Shown here piece after piece: positions 1 through 10,125 of a DNA stretch of 64,000 nucleotides. Under the pieces are notes generated by a model. That model made no database searches, was not told the origin of the DNA, and saw nothing but the letters and a program-made list of their open reading frames with translations. Within the stretch, counting starts at the first letter, position 1, and the number at the start of each line of letters is the position of its first letter. Location of the stretch: assembly GCA_965285935.1 (NCBI GenBank), contig OZ260666.1, forward strand, positions 32,302,001 to 32,366,000. The letters are read 5' to 3'. Source of the DNA: Ophelia neglecta. Taxonomy: Eukaryota. The position numbers and the translations under genes were made by a program.

Positions 1-51
1 ATTGATTGAATTAAGATATCAATGTAAAGAAAGAAGTGTTTGGTGTAAAAT

Positions 52-278
52 CTATTGGTAGACAACTCCCAGGACGTCCACACGCATTTCTATGGCGATG
101 TAAAGATGGCCGCGGTAGTACACGCTCACTGCGATGTAGTACACATCCACATCCAGGTAGGATATACCATGCTCATGAATGGGGAGTAACGCCCGTGAGC
201 GTGACGTCACAGGGAGGCGTTCTCTTCTCGCCACTGTCTTCGGAAGTCCTTGGCTTATTTCGGATTCCAATTCATCAA
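52..278 (-). CDS. Orphan gene, putative terminal exon
   Basis: Acceptor cCTAATtaatatgctataagtgtttgttttgtag|; the phase-1 frame is open for 74 codons (DELESEISQGLPKT...VLGVVYQ*) and continues exon 2 in frame; GC/CpG content is higher than in the flanks. Confidence 0.5.
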
Positions 279-1130
279 CTACAAAACAAACACTTATAGC
301 ATATTAATTAGGACTTTTCCGTATACATGGTACAGGCTTGTCAAAAGGTAATACTGAATTGCTCAATTTCTTTTGTAAACATGTAAAGCAGGCCAGCCAG
401 TTGGCTAGAGCCGAAATCTGTCAATGCAATACTTTTAGGCTTTATTCTTTGGTGCATATGGGAAAATGCAATGCTATAATGCATTGCCACATCTAGTTGT
501 TTGCATGACTGATTTTTTTGGATTTGGATGTTGCATTGCGTGTCTGCTTATTAGCAAAGAAGCTAGCGCTCTCATTCCTGCCTCGTTATCATCCCAAATA
601 GCTCTACAACTCATACTGGCTATGATTAAATCATTTCTTAGTCAGGCCATAAAAAGTAGTAACTTTAGTTAGCGTCGCGTCCCTAGGTTTTATCCGCAAA
701 TTTCTCTTAACACACACACCATTTTGGACTGGTTTACCTACTAAAAGAGCTTGTTGAATTCGTTTTATTTGATAGGTTAAGTTTGCATAGTGTTATATTC
801 TATTCTGTATTCAGACCTAACACTGTGGAATCTATAGAGTTTTATTGGTAAGTACAATTTAACAGGCACATGTTATCTTTGTTCTCGCTCTTTTTAGAGC
901 CATAAATAATATATCGCTTCATGGGAACTATTGTTGTGTGTGTGTTAACTTTGCGCCTTCCCTCCTATAGCTTTTTGAAAATGCTGGGACGCTAACCAAA
1001 AATCCTACTTTAACGGCCTTAGTTTTTTTTATTAAATCGATATTTTATATTCATGTATTTCTAGAGTAAAGATTGACAGGTTTTATTTTTTCCCTCCCCG
1101 ATCGATTCACACTTGAAAGTGTTCACTTAC

Positions 1131-1338
1131 TGTAATATTGCAATTGTCGTATGGACCTACTTGTCCAAGATAGTACTGATATGGATATTATGGTTGTCAA
1201 AACAAATGCGGCTGTCGACCCAAGTTCCAGAAACAGTTGATGTGTTTCTGCGCATGTCAGGAAGTCTGGGGATGTGGACCACATGGTCGGTTGCTGCTGG
1301 CTGCATTTTACTGTCATTCTTTGGGGAGAAATATGTGA
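1131..1338 (-). CDS. Orphan gene, putative exon 2 (acceptor uncertain: 1338 or 1300)
   Basis: Donor ACA|gtaagt at 1130; acceptor attcatgtttcatag| at 1339. One frame is fully open and contains a TM-like segment AAFVLTTIISISVLSW. It ends in phase 1, matching the next exon. Confidence 0.5.
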
Positions 1339-1604
1339 CTATGAAACATGAATAATGTAAAAAAAAATGTTAGCAGTGACGATAAATCTCTACTATAAGT
1401 GCTATTGGGTCTAACATGGAATGATTTAATTTATTCCTCAAAATAAATGTATGCTAAAATAAGCTTTATACAAAATGAAGAATTAAAACCGAGCGATTAG
1501 GCATGACACTCGAGCGTGAAAGATCGCTTAATAACAATACCGATACGAGAAAACGAGAATAAAGTACCGCGGGTAACGTTGCAACTCTTGTTTTCATTAC
1601 TCAC

Positions 1605-1897
1605 TCAGTAATAAGTATTAACCGCATCATCATCTCCAAACACTGCAGGATCCAACTCAATATACCGAAACAGACGTTTATTAAAAGCGGCCATTTTAGT
1701 CCCCTATATATCCAGGCAAAAACCTTAATAGGGTATCTGAACAGTTTTCTCCAGTCATCTTTTACTTGATGTGGATGCTGATGTCGACTTCTTCGCCATT
1801 CTTGCTGATAATGCTCAGGTTGCTGTTGTTGCGGTATGTCCTGGAGAGCTCCACGAACTTCCTCGATCAGTTCTCCTGGAACCATAACAGTGGTCAT
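1605..1897 (-). CDS. Orphan gene, putative exon 1 (hypothetical membrane-associated protein)
   Basis: aagATGa start; 97 open codons ending at a consensus donor GA|gtgagt. The ORF-track stop codon is part of this donor. The C-terminal half is hydrophobic (WPLLINVCFGILSWIL). Confidence 0.5.
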
Positions 1898-2047
1898 CTT
1901 CGAAATTATATATTTTACTTAAATGATCAGTGCAACGGAAAGATCTAAAAGGTTTCCAGTACACCAATAATCCGGACTCGGTAAATTATCAGGGCTCGGA
2001 AAACAAGCCAGTCATCCTCACTCGAACGACTCTATCTATTATTCATT

Positions 2048-2075
2048 ATGACGTGTTTTGGGTTTTGTTACGTCA
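2048..2075. promoter_or_regulatory. Paired bZIP (CRE-like) sites upstream of the orphan gene
   Basis: ATGACGTG at 2048-2055 and TTACGTCA at 2068-2075, about 150-180 nt upstream of the ATG at 1897, in CpG-retaining sequence. Confidence 0.25.
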
Positions 2076-3770
2076 TCGTACTGTGTCGAGGCTCTCTGTC
2101 TTGGCTAACAAGGGCCAAATGCCTCTTTAATTGAAGCCTAGGGGACCAAAATGTGGCCTGCAATGATGGGAAGAGCGGGGGAGGAGGGAGATGATGGTAA
2201 TATGAAGCGCTGGCCATATTTCTATGTACTGTCCTCCGTATTTAAGACAAAAAGTATGTGGTAATTCACATCGGTTGTAGGTGTATAGTTAAGCATGCCA
2301 ATTGGTTTTGCCCACCAAATAGGAACATTTTATTATGCAACACGCCGTTCTATGGTGCGACTGTCCTTTGAAACCATGGCAACATTGTAGTAAGTACAAT
2401 ATGACTATCGCAGAAATTGAGAGATCATGTCAAATTGACGTGGTATAGCTCGCCATAGACCATATAATCGAGTAATAAACATAATCACGTGTATGTGGGT
2501 GACCCCAAATTTTAACCTGGTCTGTTGCAGAGGTCTCAAAACCCAACTCTTAATAGTGCAAATTATAATGCATTTTGATTCCAGAAATGCCAGTATAAGC
2601 ATTTAAAATAGTTGGGGTAGAGACTGTTTAGACTCTTTTATCACTTGGGGGCGCTGCAAACTAAATCAAATCAGAATGACTGAATAACAAACAACCGCTT
2701 GGCAAGTTTACCAAAATTTACCAGACATTTCAGAAAGGGGAGAAGTAACTCGGGACTTTTCTGTAGAAACAGATCCTTGTGCCCCACAACGAGGCTTTGT
2801 ATATATGGTGTACTAGATACATGTGTATTCAAGTCTTAAAACGAGCGACTAAATTACATGTACTTCAATTGTAGTTATGGATATATCCTGACAACTGTAA
2901 TAATTATAAAGAAAGGTATTTTTCTTTTGATAAATTTGAGGCATACTGTTCATATCGGTGAAAAGATCTCAAATGCGATGGTGACCATACGACCGCTTGT
3001 CATGGAAGCAGCCACCAACAAACAGTCTGGTATTGACAAGATTTGTTCGTTTTATTTCACTTAATGTTGTATAAATTCATGAAAAAGTTACAATATGAAA
3101 TAATAAAATATAGATACATTGTTTATATTTACATAAGGCCTATATTGTCAGGAAATAACAAAGAGAAATTATTTATTGAACTTATCGGAAGTGCAGACAG
3201 TCCTGGACTGTAACTAAAGTGGTAACGTGTGTCTAATATTGAGTAACGTTAGTAACTATATGTCCCTTTTTGAATGAGTTAAATTCAATAACAGTTCAGA
3301 CTAGGCGTGTTTTTGTATTATATTGTAAAACCAGAGCCATATACACGAAAGTTGTTATAGATTTATGTCCGGGGCGTGTCAAGATTAGCAGGTATAAGAC
3401 ACTATACAATGTTTCAGTTAACACATAACATTATTAATGTATGGGATAGAATCAAGAACATAACTTACTCTCAGAAGAACTTATGTTTACAACACAAACA
3501 ATTGTGATTAAATCATTTAATTGTCTCCATCTGTCATGCTACATAATGTGCATCTTAATTTAATAGTTAATATTTTATACAAGGCAAGCATCTATAACGT
3601 AAATATTTTGTAAGTTATTCGTTATTCATTTTATATATCAATATTTCTACTTAGCTTGTTTATATTATGTAAATATTGTGAATATGTTCTTAATTTGAAC
3701 CTCAACCTTTTTCTAGTATATCTGTTCGTGGTAGTACCTGTTTTAAACCATCTCAGTGCATAATGCAATC

Positions 3771-4835
3771 TCAGAGATTACCTTTTGAGACTCTTGTGTC
3801 AGTCATAGAGGTTTCCCCTAAGTTTAGATCTAGATCGGATTTATAACATCTACAACATATCAGCATCATTGCTGCTTTGCGGAAATGAGCGTTGGAGAAG
3901 AAGTAGAGGAAGCTATTGATTGCGCTGTTCAAGTAGAAAATCAGATTGACGATGATATAGATAAGGTAGATAGTCCCGAGTTCCATTTCGAGGTTCTCAT
4001 AGGTGAGAATAAGATTGAAGATGACGATGGGGGAGGTTGTGAGAAGATAGACAATAGACACGGTTATCATCATAGCGGTGGTGGAAGTGACCCTGTCCAT
4101 TTCACTCCGTCCTTTGAGGTTAGAGCGTCCAGCACATAATTTTATGGTGATAGTGATGTTACTTATCAAGATGATCATAAAGGGTGCCGCAAATGAGACG
4201 GCGAAGTCCACCCAGGGCCAGATGAAATTGGTAAAATAGTCGTATTTTTCCAGTCCCTTGCAATCGTATAGTATGTCTGCCGTTACCTCTTCGCTGCTTC
4301 TCATCAATCCGAAGGTCCAGAAAAAGTGAAGATTTGCTCCGATCATAATCAAAAGAATAGCCACCCACCCTATGAAAATCTTAACGCTTGAACATAGTTT
4401 AGGGTGCAAGCCAGGGTTCATCACTGAAATTATCCTCTCAATAGTGATCAAAACGAGAGTCCAGGGACCAAGAAACGCCAACATGTAGGTCAGGAATACA
4501 TGCGACTTGCACCCTGCATTATTGAGGCCACGAATGTCGTGTTTTCCATCCGTAACAAAACCTATCCAAGATGGCAACAGACCAACCGTTAGGATACATA
4601 AATCTACCAAGGCCAGCAGAGTAAACCCGAGACTTGATGGTACCTTGCGGAAGAATGTCGAGCGCAGAACAATCAAGGAGAAGAGGTTTCCTATTACACC
4701 GATTCCTATTATTATAGGCGGGCCATAGCGGAAGGCCTGAAGGTACGCTTTGTAGTGCGGGTCGTTCGATAGATCGTTCGGATCGGTGACATTTTCTAAA
4801 TTCGGCAGTGTAAAGTTAGATCCAGAATCTTCCAT
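3771..4835 (-). CDS. Intronless rhodopsin-class (class A) 7TM GPCR, FMRFamide/sex-peptide-receptor-like peptide GPCR family, ~354 aa
   Basis: The ORF has seven hydrophobic segments, N-terminal sequons NFT and NVT, TM1 GVIGN, TM2 LALVD, TM3 Cys and ERI (DRY-equivalent), an ECL2 Cys, TM5 PWVD..SFAAPF, TM6 LLTTSP, TM7 NSAINSFLY, and helix 8 FR followed by CCRC. The ORF-track start at 4868 is GTG; the first ATG (aagATGG, good Kozak context) is at 4835. Confidence 0.93.
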   Translation of the reverse strand: MEDSGSNFTLPNLENVTDPNDLSNDPHYKAYLQAFRYGPPIIIGIGVIGNLFSLIVLRSTFFRKVPSSLGFTLLALVDLCILTVGLLPSWIGFVTDGKHDIRGLNNAGCKSHVFLTYMLAFLGPWTLVLITIERIISVMNPGLHPKLCSSVKIFIGWVAILLIMIGANLHFFWTFGLMRSSEEVTADILYDCKGLEKYDYFTNFIWPWVDFAVSFAAPFMIILISNITITIKLCAGRSNLKGRSEMDRVTSTTAMMITVSIVYLLTTSPIVIFNLILTYENLEMELGTIYLIYIIVNLIFYLNSAINSFLYFFSNAHFRKAAMMLICCRCYKSDLDLNLGETSMTDTRVSKGNL

Positions 4836-5360
4836 CTTCGCCCTCGTTTCACGGTGAAAAATAAACACTTCAGCAGCGAACCCTTACACCTGCAGGCCGG
4901 TAATCAGAGCTCTTCACAACTCGACTGGCTTCAGAAGCGACGTTTTACAGATAAGGTAGAACGATGTTTACGCTAACAGGTCCTTCGCCTGATTGTAAAG
5001 CGGCATCTCATGCATTCACTCTTGCTTTATTTTTCATGTGTATTAAAAGCCCGAAATTTAGGCGTGCTTTTAATTTAAGTGCATTCGCCATATTTGATTC
5101 GGTTTGACGACAGCTATGCATAGGCCATATTCATATAACCAATTGACCAGTCATAAAATCCTTACAGCTCATTTAAATGCAGGGAATATTCCACCACATT
5201 AAATCTCCAAAAATAAATTGTATAAAAAAGTTAATGTTTTGCAGTACATTAAGCTGTGACCTGAGGGTACCCAACCAAGTCGCTTTTGAAATACCAAACG
5301 AACACATTTAAATGCTTTGACACGGATGCGCATGCCGAAGGGGTCATTCGGGGCAGGGAA

Positions 5361-5398
5361 ACATACAAAGCGGAGGGATAACATACAAAGCGGAGGGA
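5361..5398. repeat. 20-nt tandem duplication upstream of the GPCR
   Basis: ACATACAAAGCGGAGGGA occurs at 5361 and 5381. Confidence 0.85.
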
Positions 5399-6311
5399 CA
5401 CACTTGGATAGAACTGCTGAAAAGCTTGGCACGGTCTAATCGTGTACTCAAAGGGTGGGGGTGGGGGGGGGGGGATTGGAGGGGGCGTAGGCCTTTATAG
5501 GCCGAATCGTTCAAACGATCCTACATATTTTGTGAGAAGCCGATATTTTTTCAGCGTAATAACTCAAAATATAACACATCTGTTTGTTGCGGCTGAATTA
5601 ATCGCAGTCTCGTCTTCTGTTCAAATTGTACCCCAGTCGACCGCCTAGTGCATCTTCTATAGCCTGTGTTATGTCAATTTGATATCGCCAGTAGGCTACC
5701 TCTATGTACAAATGCCATCATCGTGAAGTGGCTGGGACACCTGAGCCGTCTAGTCTGAAGGATAAAATCGCCCACTCATTGAGTTTTTATAGATACTTAC
5801 TATTCTAGCGATTGTTGATCAATGATGGCTTTGACGGGTTTGGGTATTAGCATTTAGTCTGTATTGGTTGACGGCATTATATTTGTAAGCAGGTGGAAAT
5901 AATAACTGTTTAAGTGTGTAATTTACCCCTACATGTATACCAGGGGAAACTTGACGAATTCACTTGTTCCATCTAACTTTGCATAATTTAACATCCAATC
6001 TCAGTTACGCCAGAAGTTTTTGGCATAAAATATACGGCCTTCAAATTCCTGCATGCGTTATAGGCCTATTATCGGGGCAGACATTATTCAATACAGACAA
6101 AACTAAAAAAACTGGCGGGTGGGGGGGGGGGGAGGGCTGGTTACCTTCGTGTAGGTGTTCATGTCTATAGGGCTTTAATCAGAGTATAATCACACTAAAC
6201 GCTGGTCGGCCAATAACAGGACACACGCCACTCATGAGCTTATAATAAAATGCAATTAATGACATCGTATTTGTCACACAGCTCGTCTTGCTCATCACTA
6301 CTCATCAGACA

Positions 6312-6640
6312 CAAGTAACTGTAAGCAGTGACAAAGCTGTTACTGTGAGTAGTATCATGGCAGTTACTGTAAGCAGTGTCATGTCGGTTACTGTAAGTAG
6401 TATCATAGCAGTTACCGTAAGCAGTGACATGCTGTTACTGTGAGTAGTATCATGGCAGTTATTGTAAGCAGTGTCATGGCGGTTACTGTAAGAAGTTTGG
6501 TAGCAGTTATTGTAAGCAGTGTGGTAGCAGTTACTGTTAGTTGTGTGGTAGCAGTTACTGTTAGTTGTGTGGTAGCAGTTACTGTTAGTTGTGTGGTACC
6601 AGTTACTGTAAGCAGTGTCATAGCAGTTATGGCAGTAGTG
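6312..6640. repeat. 24-nt minisatellite, ~13-14 degenerate copies
   Basis: Unit approximately GCAGTTACTGTAAGCAGTGTCATG; it explains three overlapping low-complexity ORFs. Confidence 0.95.
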
Positions 6641-6844
6641 TTGACATAACATGCTCAACCCTGACGGACCCTTTAACAGCTATCCACATGTACATGTACA
6701 AGTATGTATCTATGTTCAGGACAGACAAAACCATTGGTAGTACTGAACTGGAATCATAGCATTGAATGTTGTCACTAAATGTATCACCACTTTCCCATTG
6801 GATCCAATGTATGACAATTCCTTTATTTATCTTACATCAATTTG

Positions 6845-6896
6845 GGGGAAAACAAGACAGATAATAACAAGAGTTCAGATTTAAGCAATCTTTAAT
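6845..6896 (-). terminator. Candidate distal polyadenylation signal (ATTAAA plus downstream GU/U-rich element)
   Basis: Minus strand: ATTAAAgattgcttaaatctgaactcTTGTTATTATCTGTCTTGTTTTT. It lies near the end of the CpG-depleted domain. Confidence 0.4.
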
Positions 6897-9800
6897 CAAA
6901 CTTCTTCAAATGCATTGACATCATGCCTTCATCATTTATACAAAATACATACAAAATAGATAGAAGGGCTGCATGTCATAGCCCCAAACAAACCAATCAG
7001 GTAGAGAAATATTAACAGTACTGTCATTTAGCTTTCCAAAGATGGTATAATTCAATGATAATTTTGAAAGAGGACTTCATTAACAAGTGTATAGAAAATA
7101 CAAAGACAGTTTGACATAGGTTGTGACTCAAATCAAATTAATCAAATTTTCTTAATGCCCAGTTTACCTGAATAAAAATTTAATTTCATCTAAAAGTTGA
7201 ATTCATTACACAAAAATAATCTTGAAAGGACTGTTTAATCATATTAATGTAGAAATATTCATTAAGAATTAATAACATTGTAGGTTTATTCTCTTTTGTC
7301 ACAAAACTAGCAAAATAACCACTTGCAACCATAACACTAATTTCACAGCTGACATTTTGAAGAAACATTGCAAATTAACTGTAAGCCAATACTTAATATT
7401 TATCAATATTTACACCAGGGTACAAAGCTCAGTTCAATGAGACAGACTGCCTCCCGGAGACATATAATAACTAATAATCAGCTCCAGACAACCAACAGTT
7501 ACGGCAGACTAGTAAAAACCACTGTACATACATTTGTTAATGACTGGTATCACCATACAGGTGGAATCTGGGATTTAAAACACCCTACACTCAACACTTA
7601 AATGTCTTTAAAAGTGCCTCTGGTTTTAACTTATTCACTGAACAAAATGAAAATTTGAGGTTGAACAAAATTCCTTTATTAAACAGGGGTCATTTTCCCT
7701 GATACTCAGGTGGCTGAAGTTTCAGTAATATAAACCATAATATAATGGGATATATTCATAGTTAAGAGACCATAATTAGTTAACAAGTAATTTTGCAAAA
7801 GTTATGTGGAAGAAGTTGGAGGGAAGAAGGCAACATGAAATGCAATGAGTTGTATCTAAAACACAGTGCATTAAATTAAGAGGCCATTTATCATTTCTGC
7901 AATCTGAACACTTTAATAAACCAAGTTAACTTGAATATCAGTAGATGTAAATGTATAAAGGCTTCCTTCTACAATAACCAGTGACTGTCTTTCACACACA
8001 CTATGTGCAAGCTATCTTAATCTTATTTAGAGTGAATTTTCTCTCACTTGCAACACACACATACCTAGCAATCATAATATACACACTGTCATTCGCTAGA
8101 TGTTTATAAATAATGTAAGTCTATGTACAATTACGTGTGATACAATGCTAGCACGATTAGAGAGGGTTTAATCAGGGTGGGGGTTAGGGGGGGGGGGGGT
8201 TAATGACATGGGAATGACCTACACAGTGAATCATTAGGACTTCAGGTAAAGCTTGATGAGCTGAAGACTGTTTTCAATAGTGCATCATGCTCGAGGACTT
8301 GGAATGTTCTTGGAAAAATGAAAACAGACAATAACCTGAAATTCATAAATGTTTTAAACTAAGGAAAAATATTATGGTATTTTTTTCAGCATAGGGGAGA
8401 GAAGCATGAAGGGTGATGGTGATTTTCTTGTCCACTCTACACAGAAGTCTTTCTAAAAGTTCCTGCATATAATATTAACAAGTTGACTAAAGTGTGGCTA
8501 CGAGGGCTAGTACCTACAAGATACTGGTAGGTTAACAGCTACCAGATACTGTTAGGTTAACAACTACCAGATACTGGTATAGGTTAACAGCTCCCAGATA
8601 CTGTTAGGTTAACAGCTACCAGATACTAGTAGATTAACAGCTACCAGATACTGGTAGGTTAACAACTACCAGATACAGGTATAGGTTAACAGCTCCCAGA
8701 TACTGTTAGGTTAACAGCTACCAGATACTGGTAGGTTAACAGCTCCCAGATACTGTTAGGTTAACAGCTACCAGATACTAGTAGATTAACAGCTACCAGA
8801 TACTGGTAGGTTAACAGCTACCAGATACTGGTAGGTTAACAGCTACCAGATACTAGTAGATTAACAGCTCCCAGATACTAGTAGATTAACAGCTCCCAGA
8901 TACTGTTAGGTTGACAGATGACACCTATCAGATACTTAAAACAGCAAGAGCACTTGCATACATAACTACATAAACCAAAAACAACCTTCAGCTTTTTTGT
9001 GTTTTAAAATGACTGTAATACACTAAAATGCAACATCCTGGTATTTATTAAGTTTAACTAAGTTGATAAAATCTTGTTAGATTAAGCTGATGTATTGCTT
9101 GAGACACCACTAGTCCATGAGACTAAATTAATACAAGTGTATCTTGAGCAATATCCACTTCTCTTAACTGTGTAAACATCTTCCAATATATATAATTATA
9201 TATATATATAAATTGTCACTCGAAATGGACAGGAGTCTGGGTGCTTATAGGTGTACCAAAAATATTTGTTCCGTAATGTTTCCTTGAAATGGATAACAGG
9301 TGAATATGAAGATCACAACCTGGCATACATTATGTACAGACAATAAACATACAGCTCACATACACTCAGACATACACCATCAATAGATCACCTGCACATG
9401 TATCAGGTAGTGAACACACGGGAATCTATTTATCAGACAGGAGGCCTCACCATTAATTGCTATCTATATACATGTATAAAAAATGGCGGGGTAATAAGTT
9501 GTCATGGTTACCAAATAGTTCCCCTGGCAACATGGTTGTCATGATAAAACCATGGTAACCTCTGATCATGAACTTTCATCAAAAGTACAAAAACATGTAG
9601 GGCTTTCTCACAATATTTGTAGAATTTGATGTCTTCCATTTCTGTAAAAGATTTACCCGCAAGCGTGCTGTGTGAATAAAGCATAATAAGGGTAAATTTA
9701 AGTTCCTAGACTCCAGCTTTTCTAAGCACATTCATTTGAGGGCATCCATTTTGAATTGATAGGCTGGTGTAGGGATACAGTCATTCATCAGTTGAAGTTC

Positions 9801-9952
9801 CCAATCATAAGTAACTCTGCAGTGTTGTGCTAGCACAGCTCCCAAATGCCAGATTTAGTGAGCAAGATAACTTAAAACTAATCCACGGGACTACACAATC
9901 CAATAATATCCTTGGCGTAAGAATACACAAAAGTCTGATAGCGTAGCCGGGA
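6870..9952 (-). other. Probable ~3.1-kb ephrin 3' UTR
   Basis: AU-rich, CpG-depleted sequence downstream of the stop codon. Candidate poly(A) signals are AATAAA at 9044-9049, 7675-7680, 7285-7290 and 6822-6827, and ATTAAA at 6891-6896. Confidence 0.5.
8514..8917. repeat. 25-nt (occasionally 27-nt) quasi-palindromic minisatellite, 16 copies
   Basis: Unit GTTAACAGCTACCAGATACTGGTAG; GTTAAC/ATTAAC recurs every 25-27 nt from 8531 to 8910. Confidence 0.97.
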
Positions 9953-10125
9953 CTATCTCCACACAAGGTAGACCACTAAGAATGTCACTGAGCAGCCTAA
10001 TAACGTGTGTGAGTAGTGAGGTGTCCTTGCACTGCTATCATTGACTAGTCCCTCCTGTTTAGGGTGTAACACCTCATTCTCACTGTTCTTACTGCCACCA
10101 GTGTCTGGCTTCCCTGAACTTTTGT
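9953..10125 (-). CDS. Efn: Ephrin terminal coding exon with GPI-anchor signal
   Basis: Acceptor with branch point: gactaatatattgtttgtcttgcag|; phase 1; DKSSGKPDTGGSKNSENEVLHPKQEGLVNDSSARTPHYSHTLLGCSVTFLVVYLVWR*(TAG 9953-9955). It has a small-residue omega cluster (N-D-S-S-A), a polar spacer and a hydrophobic end with no cytoplasmic tail. Confidence 0.88.

Noticed and set aside
201-210. Perfect CRE palindrome GTGACGTCAC
   Set aside because: It lies within the putative terminal coding exon; a single 8-10-mer is insufficient evidence.
1599-1606. In-frame TGA at the end of the 98-aa ORF as selenocysteine or readthrough
   Set aside because: The TGA is part of the GTGAGT donor and is more simply intronic; no SECIS element was recognised.
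6305-6658. Three overlapping ORFs with Cys/His/Thr or Val/Thr periodicity resembling antifreeze or metal-binding repeats
   Set aside because: A by-product of a 24-nt minisatellite that is open in several frames on both strands; no splice or promoter support.
8218-8340. Acceptor-like site at ~8336 as an alternative ephrin-B-type terminal exon
   Set aside because: All three frames close within about 16-31 codons, with no transmembrane helix or YKV-type PDZ motif.
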